A DNA stretch of 64,000 nucleotides from Curvularia clavata (Eukaryota): the NCBI GenBank assembly GCA_023920165.1, contig CP089280.1, positions 2,666,001-2,730,000 of the forward strand. The letters are read 5' to 3'. The position numbers and the translations under genes were made by a program. The notes below the pieces were generated by a model. It searched no databases. It saw only the letters and a list, made by a program, of their open reading frames with translations, and was not told where the DNA came from. The stretch's first letter is position 1; each line of letters begins with the position of its first letter. Positions 49,635 through 60,779 of the stretch are shown one piece after another.

Positions 49635-51428
49635 CTAGGAAGCTGTAATTTGGGATATATCTACTAGATTTGCTCCAAGTAGAAAGTCTCGAGTCTTGTC
49701 GGCGCTTGTAGCCTTAGTGAGACTGTCGGCTAGTAGACAGCTAGTGTTTTGATATACTAGCTGGATCTGTTTGGTCTCTACCTTCTCACGGATAAAGTAG
49801 TATTGGATATCGATGTGTTTTGTCCTAGCGTGATAGGTAGGATTTTTGGTGAGTTGGATTGCACTTTGGCTGTCTGAGTAGACAGTAGTAGCTGTCTTGT
49901 CTATGTCTGGCAGTATTGGATATAGAGCTTTAATCTCTTTGATAAACTGGGTGAGATATAAGCTCTGTTTAACTGCTTCTCGGTAGGCCATGAATTCAGC
50001 TTCTGCGCTTGATAGTGCTACTGTCGGCTGTAGTTTTGACAGCCAAGAAATCGCGCAGTTGCTCTTGTTTGACTGGAGTAAAAATATGTATCCAGTGGTA
50101 GATCTTCTACTGTCAAAGTCACCCCCCCAATCTGCATCCGTAGATCCAATCAGTTTAATCAGATCTAAGTTATTTGGTGCAGATTGACTGCTTTTGATGC
50201 TGTTTTGGTTATCAGTACTGAGCTGATAGAGTAGTCCTAGCTGTCTTGACTGAGCTAGATATCCCCATAGGTAGTCTAGACTGCTGAAATGCTCGGTGCT
50301 CGGATTGGCCATGAATCTGGATAGAAGATTGACTGCGTAGGTAATATCCGGCCGAGTAAAAATGGATAGATAGATGAGAGAGCCAATTTGCTGCTGGTAC
50401 ATATTGGTGGCGTTTGGAGTAGCCGTTTGGCTGTTTCTGTTGAGCTTGATATTCTGTTGCAGTGGAGTCTGTCTTGGCTTAATATCTTGCTTATTGAATC
50501 TAGCAAGTAGCCTTTGTAGATAGTTTTCTTGGGTAATATAGATCGCTCGTCTAGATCTAATTACTTGGACTCCAAGAAACTCTGAGACGTCGCCTAGATC
50601 TTTGATCTCAAGCTTTGAGATAGCTGTTAGGTCTTTGAATAGCTTTTGAATACTTTGCTCTTGTTCTCCAAAAATAAGCAAGTCGTCTACGTGAGTAGCT
50701 ATAACAAGCTTCTGCTCGACATTGATATAAGTGGCAGTGTCAATAAACAGAGATTTGAAGCCTAGTTGTCCGAGTAGGCTTGCTAGTAGTTTCTGCCACT
50801 GTCTACTGGCTTGTTTTAGCCCGTATAGAGCCTTGTTAAGCAAGCAGACGTGCTGTGGATAGTGCTGATCTTGAAATCCTTCTGGCTGCTCGACGTATAT
50901 AGTCGTGTCGATTAAAGCATTTGGGAAAGCTTGCTTGACATCCCAGCTTTTTATATGCCAGTTTTGAGCTGCTGAAATGGCTAGTAGTAGCCGGATTAGA
51001 TCAGGCCGAGTAGTATTGGCAAATGTCTCGTAGTAGTTGACTCCAAGCTCTTGTTGAAAGCCTTTCGCTACCCAACGTGCTTTGAATATAAAATCGCCAT
51101 TTTGCTGGTATTTTTTGTTAAGTACCCAGCGGCCTTTGAGAACTGGATATTCGGACGGTCTTGGTACAAGCTTCCAAGTGTCGTTCTTTTGCAGCTGGTC
51201 TAGCTCGTTTTGCATAGCTAATAGATAGTGTTGACTGTCTTGGTGCTGTAGCACTTGAGCGTAGCTTTTTGGATCAGTGATATCCTTTGAAGTAAATAAG
51301 ACTTCTTCTAGGATAATGTCCTCTGCTGCTATTTCTGGTGGAGCTTTTTGATTAGTGGATAGAGCTAATTCTGCTGGCTTGGCTTTCTTTTTGATCAAAA
51401 CAATCGGATTTCTTCCAACTACTCTCAT
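49635..51428 (-). CDS. Copia RT-RNase H (copy 1)
   Basis: KARWVAKGF, WDVKQAF, LYGLKQAS, HVDD, TDADW, SSAEAE, KHIDIQY. Confidence 0.93.
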   Translation of the reverse strand: MRVVGRNPIVLIKKKAKPAELALSTNQKAPPEIAAEDIILEEVLFTSKDITDPKSYAQVLQHQDSQHYLLAMQNELDQLQKNDTWKLVPRPSEYPVLKGRWVLNKKYQQNGDFIFKARWVAKGFQQELGVNYYETFANTTRPDLIRLLLAISAAQNWHIKSWDVKQAFPNALIDTTIYVEQPEGFQDQHYPQHVCLLNKALYGLKQASRQWQKLLASLLGQLGFKSLFIDTATYINVEQKLVIATHVDDLLIFGEQEQSIQKLFKDLTAISKLEIKDLGDVSEFLGVQVIRSRRAIYITQENYLQRLLARFNKQDIKPRQTPLQQNIKLNRNSQTATPNATNMYQQQIGSLIYLSIFTRPDITYAVNLLSRFMANPSTEHFSSLDYLWGYLAQSRQLGLLYQLSTDNQNSIKSSQSAPNNLDLIKLIGSTDADWGGDFDSRRSTTGYIFLLQSNKSNCAISWLSKLQPTVALSSAEAEFMAYREAVKQSLYLTQFIKEIKALYPILPDIDKTATTVYSDSQSAIQLTKNPTYHARTKHIDIQYYFIREKVETKQIQLVYQNTSCLLADSLTKATSADKTRDFLLGANLVDISQITAS

Positions 51429-51456
51429 GGAGTTGGCTGGTGGATTTGACTGGCTA

Positions 51457-51540
51457 GTATTTGGCTCAGTATTTGGCTCAGTATTTGGCTCAGTATTTGG
51501 CTCAGTATTTGGCTCAGCATTTGGCTCAGTATTTGGCTCT
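51457..51540. repeat. 12-bp tandem repeat (gtatttggctca x7) encoding an EPNT linker; also at 56396-56479
   Basis: Directly visible. Confidence 0.9.
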
Positions 51541-51569
51541 TCGTCAAGCTGCAGTTCTTCATCAGGAGC

Positions 51570-53830
51570 TTAATCATTGAACACTCCTTCTAGTATTTGG
51601 ACGTCTCTTGCAGTAGTAACCTTGTTAGTTCTAATATCGATTAGACGATATAGATTTTTACTAATATATCCAACAAGGTAGTACTGCTGGACACGAGAAT
51701 CTAGTTTGCCAAGAAACTCTTTTGGCTCTTTCTTGTATGCTAGAGATCCCCAGATTCTAACATTGCTGACGTCTGGTTTATATCCATATTTGGCTTCAAA
51801 TGGCGTCTTAAAGCCAATAGAGCTGTGCGGTGTTCTATTGTATAGATACACTGCCGCTAGTAGAGCTTCTGCCCACAGCTTATTAGGCATTTTGGCTTCA
51901 AATAGCAGAGCTCTTATCTTGTCAAATAACGTTCGGTTGATCCGCTCGGCTCCGCCTTTGCCTTCTGGATTGAATGGGGAGTTGAAAAAATCGGAGTTTA
52001 AATCCCTTTCTAGTAGCTAGCTTTTGCAGCTCTAGCGTGTCCAACTCATTGTCTGATTGGATAGCTTTGATCTGCTTTGAGTCTTGGACTTCTGCTTTCT
52101 TAACAAAAGCTTTGACTGGCTTGACTAGCTCTGATCTAGACGTGAGTAAGTCCACTTCTAGATATTTGGTGTAGTAGTCTAGAAAGGTAATATAATACCG
52201 ATAGCCCTTATTCGTCTTTGGCTTAATCGGCCCCCCTAGGTCGCAGTAGATCAAATCACCAAACTGGTGGACTGGTGTAGATATTGGATCTCTGCTTATT
52301 TTGCTAGCAAATTTGCTTCTCAAGCAAATCTCGCAGTTGCTAAATCCACTGCTGGTTTTGGTATTTGATTTGACGCCTTTGGTATTCTCACTTAGCTTAT
52401 TTAAGCTAGTTTTACCAATATGGCCAAAACGTCGGTGTAGAAGAGACGTTTGATCGTCTGGCTTAGACTGATCTGTTTGATTCGGTTGGACGGATTTGGC
52501 TGTCAGCTCTGTATTGTATGTCTCTGTATAGACTTGGCTAGTTTGGATATTGCTAACTGCAGTAAAAGTAGCAATATTTCTAGCGTATTGCCCCTTCGCT
52601 AGTATTTTGCTAGATAGCCTAATTAGGCTGCTAGTCTTTGAAAACTCGAATTCAGCTCCTTTTTGAACTGCTTGGTAGAGACTGAGTAGATTGACTTTGA
52701 AGTCCGGCACTAGTAAGACTTCTTTGAGTACTACTGTCTCGCCCGTACTCGTAAATTTAATTGGCACTTCGCCTTTGGCTGTTGCTTGTAGCAACGCAGT
52801 AGAGTTGCCCCATTTAATATACGTATTACTAACGCTGGTAAGGCTTCTAAAAAGCTGTCGGTCAGAGCAAATATGGGAGCTGGCGGCGCTGTCTAATATC
52901 CACTCAATCGACTTGGAAGACTCAGTGGATAGAGCAGCTTTGATATCGGCGATATTTGGATCGACTGAGACTACTGTAGATAGAGCTGTCTCAGGCTTAT
53001 AATATGTCCGACTGGGGCGTTTGCTGGGGTCTTTCTGCCAGCATTGGTCGACTAAATGTCCATTTCTCTTGCAGTGAGAGCAGTATTTTGGACTTTTGGT
53101 GGATTTTTGAGTAGCCAAAGTCATTTCGACGTCTTTTGACTGTGGAGCTTGGTTGGAGCTGCTAATTGGGCTCCTTTGGTATGGTCTGTAGCTCTTTTGG
53201 TAAGAGCTATTTGAGTTACTGCCGCTGCTGCTTCTAATCGATTTCTGGCGTCTTGATTCGTCCATAATTTGGTTGTATAAGTTCTCAAGATCAATCTCTT
53301 TGTTAGATCTAAAATCTTGAGTAATAGCTGTAACCAAATAGTCAAAGTCTGAGCTTAGATTATTGAGAATCAAAGCAGCAATGAATCGGTGCGGTAGTGC
53401 CAGATTTCGGCTCTCTAGACTAAGGACTAGTCTGTTGATTTTTTTGGAGATATATTTCGACGTTGTTTTGGCACTGCTGCACGGTCGTATTGATAAGATC
53501 TTTGCAAATTAAGAAGTCAGAGCTAAAGCCTTTTGGGCTATATAGCTTCTTTAGGTGATTCCATAGACTATATGGAGTTTTCATGTCTTTTGACTGTAGT
53601 AGAGGCCCATCGTCTAGACTGAGTCGTAGAGTAGACAGAGCTTTGATTTCTGAGCTTTTTAGCTTCTGATATCTCTCAGAGCCTTTACTTTGTTCAAGCT
53701 CTTGTGGGTCGACTGTTATAATCTCGTAGCAGTCTTGCTGTATAAGCACTGCTTCGATCCGTAGTGCCCACATGTCATAGTTAGAGCTGCCTTTGAGCTT
53801 TGGCACTCTAAATATGCTACTGTCAGCCAT
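51570..53830 (-). pseudogene. Copia gag-protease-integrase (copy 1), two frameshifts relative to copy 2
   Basis: Matches 56509-58764 except for indels at ~51975-51990 and ~53440 (homopolymers). Confidence 0.85.
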
Positions 53831-54573
53831 TTTGTGCTGCTAGTCTGTCTAGAAATATAGACTAGATAGCTGTTTGTAGTCTAGCGCAGTAAATAAGCAG
53901 TTACTGTTCTTACTATGAAGAACTCTGGCTGCTAGTCGATCGAGTTGATCTGTCTGCAACTAGCTACAAGAAGCTTCGGCTAACCCCTAACCAGAGTATT
54001 TAGCTGCGTTTGCGGCTCAGAGACTCCTAAACTGATAGGGTTTTTGCTTCAGTAGAGTTTCTCAGCTTTTTAGCCGTGGTTTACTCTTAACCCTTAGTAA
54101 CCCTAGCTTTTACTAAGAGACTAGCTATATTTATACTAGCTCTTACTTTAGTCTTATGCTAAGACTTGCTAGAATCTTCGATCGATAGACACGTAATCCG
54201 GGCTCATAACCTGTTGAAGTAATAGGTGGCTGCTAGTACTACTAGTAGTAGACTTAGACAGCCTGATCGAGAGACTCTAGATAGACGAGAGATTGCTAGG
54301 GGAGAGAGTTAATAGATACAATTGATTTTGTATAAACTGCTCTGGTTTTTATCTACTAGCTATTCTACTACTATATATATTGGCTGGAGTAGATTCTAGA
54401 AGAATCTATCTAGTAGTAGCTTGCGTAATCTTTGGCGTCATAGACAGATGTCTATAGATCGATTATAGTCTTGACAGATCGACTATAGACTAAGTTGATT
54501 CTGGGTATAGGAGTACGCACCCAGATACTGTAGATTAGCTGACTAGCTTAGATCTACAACACGCCCCCTTAAG

Positions 54574-56367
54574 CTAGGAAGCTGTAATTTGGGATATATC
54601 TACTAGATTTGCTCCAAGTAGAAAGTCTCGAGTCTTGTCGGCGCTTGTAGCCTTAGTGAGACTGTCGGCTAGTAGACAGCTAGTGTTTTGATATACTAGC
54701 TGGATCTGTTTGGTCTCTACCTTCTCACGGATAAAGTAGTATTGGATATCGATGTGTTTTGTCCTAGCGTGATAGGTAGGATTTTTGGTGAGTTGGATTG
54801 CACTTTGGCTGTCTGAGTAGACAGTAGTAGCTGTCTTGTCTATGTCTGGCAGTATTGGATATAGAGCTTTAATCTCTTTGATAAACTGGGTGAGATATAA
54901 GCTCTGTTTAACTGCTTCTCGGTAGGCCATGAATTCAGCTTCTGCGCTTGATAGTGCTACTGTCGGCTGTAGTTTTGACAGCCAAGAAATCGCGCAGTTG
55001 CTCTTGTTTGACTGGAGTAAAAATATGTATCCAGTGGTAGATCTTCTACTGTCAAAGTCACCCCCCCAATCTGCATCCGTAGATCCAATCAGTTTAATCA
55101 GATCTAAGTTATTTGGTGCAGATTGACTGCTTTTGATGCTGTTTTGGTTATCAGTACTGAGCTGATAGAGTAGTCCTAGCTGTCTTGACTGAGCTAGATA
55201 TCCCCATAGGTAGTCTAGACTGCTGAAATGCTCGGTGCTCGGATTGGCCATGAATCTGGATAGAAGATTGACTGCGTAGGTAATATCCGGCCGAGTAAAA
55301 ATGGATAGATAGATGAGAGAGCCAATTTGCTGCTGGTACATATTGGTGGCGTTTGGAGTAGCCGTTTGGCTGTTTCTGTTGAGCTTGATATTCTGTTGCA
55401 GTGGAGTCTGTCTTGGCTTAATATCTTGCTTATTGAATCTAGCAAGTAGCCTTTGTAGATAGTTTTCTTGGGTAATATAGATCGCTCGTCTAGATCTAAT
55501 TACTTGGACTCCAAGAAACTCTGAGACGTCGCCTAGATCTTTGATCTCAAGCTTTGAGATAGCTGTTAGGTCTTTGAATAGCTTTTGAATACTTTGCTCT
55601 TGTTCTCCAAAAATAAGCAAGTCGTCTACGTGAGTAGCTATAACAAGCTTCTGCTCGACATTGATATAAGTGGCAGTGTCAATAAACAGAGATTTGAAGC
55701 CTAGTTGTCCGAGTAGGCTTGCTAGTAGTTTCTGCCACTGTCTACTGGCTTGTTTTAGCCCGTATAGAGCCTTGTTAAGCAAGCAGACGTGCTGTGGATA
55801 GTGCTGATCTTGAAATCCTTCTGGCTGCTCGACGTATATAGTCGTGTCGATTAAAGCATTTGGGAAAGCTTGCTTGACATCCCAGCTTTTTATATGCCAG
55901 TTTTGAGCTGCTGAAATGGCTAGTAGTAGCCGGATTAGATCAGGCCGAGTAGTATTGGCAAATGTCTCGTAGTAGTTGACTCCAAGCTCTTGTTGAAAGC
56001 CTTTCGCTACCCAACGTGCTTTGAATATAAAATCGCCATTTTGCTGGTATTTTTTGTTAAGTACCCAGCGGCCTTTGAGAACTGGATATTCGGACGGTCT
56101 TGGTACAAGCTTCCAAGTGTCGTTCTTTTGCAGCTGGTCTAGCTCGTTTTGCATAGCTAATAGATAGTGTTGACTGTCTTGGTGCTGTAGCACTTGAGCG
56201 TAGCTTTTTGGATCAGTGATATCCTTTGAAGTAAATAAGACTTCTTCTAGGATAATGTCCTCTGCTGCTATTTCTGGTGGAGCTTTTTGATTAGTGGATA
56301 GAGCTAATTCTGCTGGCTTGGCTTTCTTTTTGATCAAAACAATCGGATTTCTTCCAACTACTCTCAT
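54574..56367 (-). CDS. Copia RT-RNase H (copy 2)
   Basis: Same protein as copy 1. Confidence 0.93.
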   Translation of the reverse strand: MRVVGRNPIVLIKKKAKPAELALSTNQKAPPEIAAEDIILEEVLFTSKDITDPKSYAQVLQHQDSQHYLLAMQNELDQLQKNDTWKLVPRPSEYPVLKGRWVLNKKYQQNGDFIFKARWVAKGFQQELGVNYYETFANTTRPDLIRLLLAISAAQNWHIKSWDVKQAFPNALIDTTIYVEQPEGFQDQHYPQHVCLLNKALYGLKQASRQWQKLLASLLGQLGFKSLFIDTATYINVEQKLVIATHVDDLLIFGEQEQSIQKLFKDLTAISKLEIKDLGDVSEFLGVQVIRSRRAIYITQENYLQRLLARFNKQDIKPRQTPLQQNIKLNRNSQTATPNATNMYQQQIGSLIYLSIFTRPDITYAVNLLSRFMANPSTEHFSSLDYLWGYLAQSRQLGLLYQLSTDNQNSIKSSQSAPNNLDLIKLIGSTDADWGGDFDSRRSTTGYIFLLQSNKSNCAISWLSKLQPTVALSSAEAEFMAYREAVKQSLYLTQFIKEIKALYPILPDIDKTATTVYSDSQSAIQLTKNPTYHARTKHIDIQYYFIREKVETKQIQLVYQNTSCLLADSLTKATSADKTRDFLLGANLVDISQITAS

Positions 56368-56508
56368 GGAGTTGGCTGGTGGATTTGACTGGCTAGTATT
56401 TGGCTCAGTATTTGGCTCAGTATTTGGCTCAGTATTTGGCTCAGTATTTGGCTCAGCATTTGGCTCAGTATTTGGCTCTTCGTCAAGCTGCAGTTCTTCA
56501 TCAGGAGC

Positions 56509-58764
56509 TTAATCATTGAACACTCCTTCTAGTATTTGGACGTCTCTTGCAGTAGTAACCTTGTTAGTTCTAATATCGATTAGACGATATAGATTTTTAC
56601 TAATATATCCAACAAGGTAGTACTGCTGGACACGAGAATCTAGTTTGCCAAGAAACTCTTTTGGCTCTTTCTTGTATGCTAGAGATCCCCAGATTCTAAC
56701 ATTGCTGACGTCTGGTTTATATCCATATTTGGCTTCAAATGGCGTCTTAAAGCCAATAGAGCTGTGCGGTGTTCTATTGTATAGATACACTGCCGCTAGT
56801 AGAGCTTCTGCCCACAGCTTATTAGGCATTTTGGCTTCAAATAGCAGAGCTCTTATCTTGTCAAATAACGTTCGGTTGATCCGCTCGGCTCCGCCTTTGC
56901 CTTCTGGATTGAATGGGGGAGTAAATCGGAGTTTAAATCCCTTTCTAGTAGCTAGCTTTTGCAGCTCTAGCGTGTCCAACTCATTGTCTGATTGGATAGC
57001 TTTGATCTGCTTTGAGTCTTGGACTTCTGCTTTCTTAACAAAAGCTTTGACTGGCTTGACTAGCTCTGATCTAGACGTGAGTAAGTCCACTTCTAGATAT
57101 TTGGTGTAGTAGTCTAGAAAGGTAATATAATACCGATAGCCCTTATTCGTCTTTGGCTTAATCGGCCCCCCTAGGTCGCAGTAGATCAAATCACCAAACT
57201 GGTGGACTGGTGTAGATATTGGATCTCTGCTTATTTTGCTAGCAAATTTGCTTCTCAAGCAAATCTCGCAGTTGCTAAATCCACTGCTGGTTTTGGTATT
57301 TGATTTGACGCCTTTGGTATTCTCACTTAGCTTATTTAAGCTAGTTTTACCAATATGGCCAAAACGTCGGTGTAGAAGAGACGTTTGATCGTCTGGCTTA
57401 GACTGATCTGTTTGATTCGGTTGGACGGATTTGGCTGTCAGCTCTGTATTGTATGTCTCTGTATAGACTTGGCTAGTTTGGATATTGCTAACTGCAGTAA
57501 AAGTAGCAATATTTCTAGCGTATTGCCCCTTCGCTAGTATTTTGCTAGATAGCCTAATTAGGCTGCTAGTCTTTGAAAACTCGAATTCAGCTCCTTTTTG
57601 AACTGCTTGGTAGAGACTGAGTAGATTGACTTTGAAGTCCGGCACTAGTAAGACTTCTTTGAGTACTACTGTCTCGCCCGTACTCGTAAATTTAATTGGC
57701 ACTTCGCCTTTGGCTGTTGCTTGTAGCAACGCAGTAGAGTTGCCCCATTTAATATACGTATTACTAACGCTGGTAAGGCTTCTAAAAAGCTGTCGGTCAG
57801 AGCAAATATGGGAGCTGGCGGCGCTGTCTAATATCCACTCAATCGACTTGGAAGACTCAGTGGATAGAGCAGCTTTGATATCGGCGATATTTGGATCGAC
57901 TGAGACTACTGTAGATAGAGCTGTCTCAGGCTTATAATATGTCCGACTGGGGCGTTTGCTGGGGTCTTTCTGCCAGCATTGGTCGACTAAATGTCCATTT
58001 CTCTTGCAGTGAGAGCAGTATTTTGGACTTTTGGTGGATTTTTGAGTAGCCAAAGTCATTTCGACGTCTTTTGACTGTGGAGCTTGGTTGGAGCTGCTAA
58101 TTGGGCTCCTTTGGTATGGTCTGTAGCTCTTTTGGTAAGAGCTATTTGAGTTACTGCCGCTGCTGCTTCTAATCGATTTCTGGCGTCTTGATTCGTCCAT
58201 AATTTGGTTGTATAAGTTCTCAAGATCAATCTCTTTGTTAGATCTAAAATCTTGAGTAATAGCTGTAACCAAATAGTCAAAGTCTGAGCTTAGATTATTG
58301 AGAATCAAAGCAGCAATGAATCGGTGCGGTAGTGCCAGATTTCGGCTCTCTAGACTAAGGACTAGTCTGTTGATTTTTTGGAGATATATTTCGACGTTGT
58401 TTTGGCACTGCTGCACGGTCGTATTGATAAGATCTTTGCAAATTAAGAAGTCAGAGCTAAAGCCTTTTGGGCTATATAGCTTCTTTAGGTGATTCCATAG
58501 ACTATATGGAGTTTTCATGTCTTTTGACTGTAGTAGAGGCCCATCGTCTAGACTGAGTCGTAGAGTAGACAGAGCTTTGATTTCTGAGCTTTTTAGCTTC
58601 TGATATCTCTCAGAGCCTTTACTTTGTTCAAGCTCTTGTGGGTCGACTGTTATAATCTCGTAGCAGTCTTGCTGTATAAGCACTGCTTCGATCCGTAGTG
58701 CCCACATGTCATAGTTAGAGCTGCCTTTGAGCTTTGGCACTCTAAATATGCTACTGTCAGCCAT
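56509..58764 (-). CDS. Copia gag-protease-integrase (copy 2)
   Basis: CSHCKRNGHLVDQC knuckle, WILDSAAS protease, HRRFGH..CEIC, YCDL..QSDN..AER integrase. Confidence 0.93.
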   Translation of the reverse strand: MADSSIFRVPKLKGSSNYDMWALRIEAVLIQQDCYEIITVDPQELEQSKGSERYQKLKSSEIKALSTLRLSLDDGPLLQSKDMKTPYSLWNHLKKLYSPKGFSSDFLICKDLINTTVQQCQNNVEIYLQKINRLVLSLESRNLALPHRFIAALILNNLSSDFDYLVTAITQDFRSNKEIDLENLYNQIMDESRRQKSIRSSSGSNSNSSYQKSYRPYQRSPISSSNQAPQSKDVEMTLATQKSTKSPKYCSHCKRNGHLVDQCWQKDPSKRPSRTYYKPETALSTVVSVDPNIADIKAALSTESSKSIEWILDSAASSHICSDRQLFRSLTSVSNTYIKWGNSTALLQATAKGEVPIKFTSTGETVVLKEVLLVPDFKVNLLSLYQAVQKGAEFEFSKTSSLIRLSSKILAKGQYARNIATFTAVSNIQTSQVYTETYNTELTAKSVQPNQTDQSKPDDQTSLLHRRFGHIGKTSLNKLSENTKGVKSNTKTSSGFSNCEICLRSKFASKISRDPISTPVHQFGDLIYCDLGGPIKPKTNKGYRYYITFLDYYTKYLEVDLLTSRSELVKPVKAFVKKAEVQDSKQIKAIQSDNELDTLELQKLATRKGFKLRFTPPFNPEGKGGAERINRTLFDKIRALLFEAKMPNKLWAEALLAAVYLYNRTPHSSIGFKTPFEAKYGYKPDVSNVRIWGSLAYKKEPKEFLGKLDSRVQQYYLVGYISKNLYRLIDIRTNKVTTARDVQILEGVFND

Positions 58765-59495
58765 TTTGTGCTGCTAGTCTGTCTAGAAATATAGACTAGA
58801 TAGCTGTTTGTAGTCTAGCGCAGTAAATAAGCAGTTACTGTTCTTACTATGAAGAACTCTGGCTGCTAGTCGATCGAGTTGATCTGTCTGCAACTAGCTA
58901 CAAGAAGCTTCGGCTAACCCCTAACCAGAGTATTTAGCTGCGTTTGCGGCTCAGAGACTCCTAAACTGATAGGGTTTTTGCTTCAGTAGAGTTTCTCAGC
59001 TTTTTAGCCGTGGTTTACTCTTAACCCTTAGTAACCCTAGCTTTTACTAAGAGACTAGCTATATTTATACTAGCTCTTACTTTAGTCTTATGCTAAGACT
59101 TGCTAGAATCTTCGATCGATAGACACGTAATCCGGGCTCATAACCTGTTGAAGTAATAGGTGGCTGCTAGTACTACTAGTAGTAGACTTAGACAGCCTGA
59201 TCGAGAGACTCTAGATAGACGAGAGATTGCTAGGGGAGAGAGTTAATAGATACAATTGATTTTGTATAAACTGCTCTGGTTTTTATCTACTAGCTATTCT
59301 ACTACTATATATATTGGCTGGAGTAGATTCTAGAAGAATCTATCTAGTAGTAGCTTGCGTAATCTTTGGCGTCATAGACAGATGTCTATAGATCGATTAT
59401 AGTCTTGACAGATCGACTATAGACTAAGTTGATTCTGGGTATAGGAGTACGCACCCAGATACTGTAGATTAGCTGACTAGCTTAGATCTACAACA

Positions 59496-60560
59496 GTAGA
59501 GAATAGTATTTTTACTTAGACTCCAGCTTATACCAAGTTATTATAGACCTTACTGAAGAGACTATATAAGAGTGCTATTATTACTAGCATTATTACAAGT
59601 AATAGATAGCAGTTTTTTTTAGAGTTCACTCCTAGAAAGAAGTTTCAGAACTTCATCTGCTATTAAAGCTCTAGTATGTCTCCCACAGATCGGTATAAAA
59701 TCCAAAAGCTTTTCTTTAAGTTACCATTAAGTATTAATATAGTAACCTTTGATTACAAGAAAACTAAGATAGTTACTTAAAGCCTAACTATCTAATGCAA
59801 GTGATATTTTTATTTCTTAGCCAAGATCATTAAAAAGCTCAGCTAAAGCCTTCTCAAATTGTAACTCAAACGCTAGCTTAAATTTATAACGGCTAATAAT
59901 CACAGCGTTAGGCTAGAGAAACTAGAGAAATCGTTAAAATGATAGCCGCTCAAATGTTCGGAAGCTCCAGTAGTTATCAACTACTACTCTTACTAGTTCT
60001 TATTCATATATCTCAGTTAAGTAGGCTAGTATTACGCGAGGATTAATATTTATTAGCGGTAAGATACTTTAGCAGAGTGAGTTCAATAGCTTATTGTGTA
60101 TAGGCGAAGAGATAAGCTAGCAAGTCTAGGTTTGACGATGTCTATAAAGATGCTTTATACCAATATTTCCAGCTGATAGGTGCGCGAGTATATAACTGCA
60201 GTTCGAGCAGAAGATATATAGACAGCCAGTTAGGACCTCTACAGCCTCTCCAAAGTTTGCCCAGATTTGGCTCGTACGACAAGAAGAGCCCCAGTATAGA
60301 ACTGGCTTCGAAGGATCTCAGGCCCATAGTATTTTATTCTACCACTCCTTCCAGTTTGAAATAATCGCTTTATTCTCTTTATTACTATTATTTTTAAGTA
60401 CTAGATACTAGACGAGTATAAGTATAACTTTAAAACCACCTTTATCTCAGTATAGAGCATTCATCTTAAAATGCGTAAGGATATCTAGCAGTTCTATAGA
60501 AGGCTCAGCCATTATAAAGATTATACCTATAATAAATAACTATAATAAATCAAAGTTACT
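59496..60560 (-). pseudogene. hAT transposase, N-terminal part (BED finger plus catalytic start), RIP-degraded
   Basis: TSQIWANF..IFCSNCSYILAH..GIKHLYRH, KISLALD, GRHT, LLSITC.NASNN. The frame continues across the Copia TSD into the C-terminal part. Confidence 0.88.
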
Positions 60561-60779
60561 AGATAGACAAATATCATCTGTAGAAAACTAGATATAATAG
60601 GAAGTTCTAAGTCCTCTAGCTTCTAGCATAGCTAAGATTGTCTAAAACACTAGTGTTGTTTAACATATATCTAAAGTAGGTTTTATATAAGAGAAAGTTT
60701 AGATCAATACAGGGGTTATACTATAATTATTAGCTAGAATAAACCCTAGCATAATACTCTAAACTCTAACTACTAGAGT

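Larger units (their letters stand above)
49273..59495 (-). mobile_element. Tandem Ty1/Copia retrotransposon: LTR-internal-LTR-internal-LTR
   Basis: 350-bp LTRs at 49273-49622, 54212-54561 and 59146-59495. One GTAGA TSD around the whole array. PBS GGTTATGAGCCC (half-tRNAiMet type); PPT AAGGGGGCG. Confidence 0.97.

Noticed and set aside
51960..53460. Frameshifts in Copia copy 1 as programmed frameshifting
   Set aside because: They are absent from copy 2 and lie in homopolymer runs; more likely sequencing/assembly errors or private mutations.
53980..54110. taaccc motifs in the Copia 5' UTR as telomeric repeats
   Set aside because: Only scattered, non-tandem copies.
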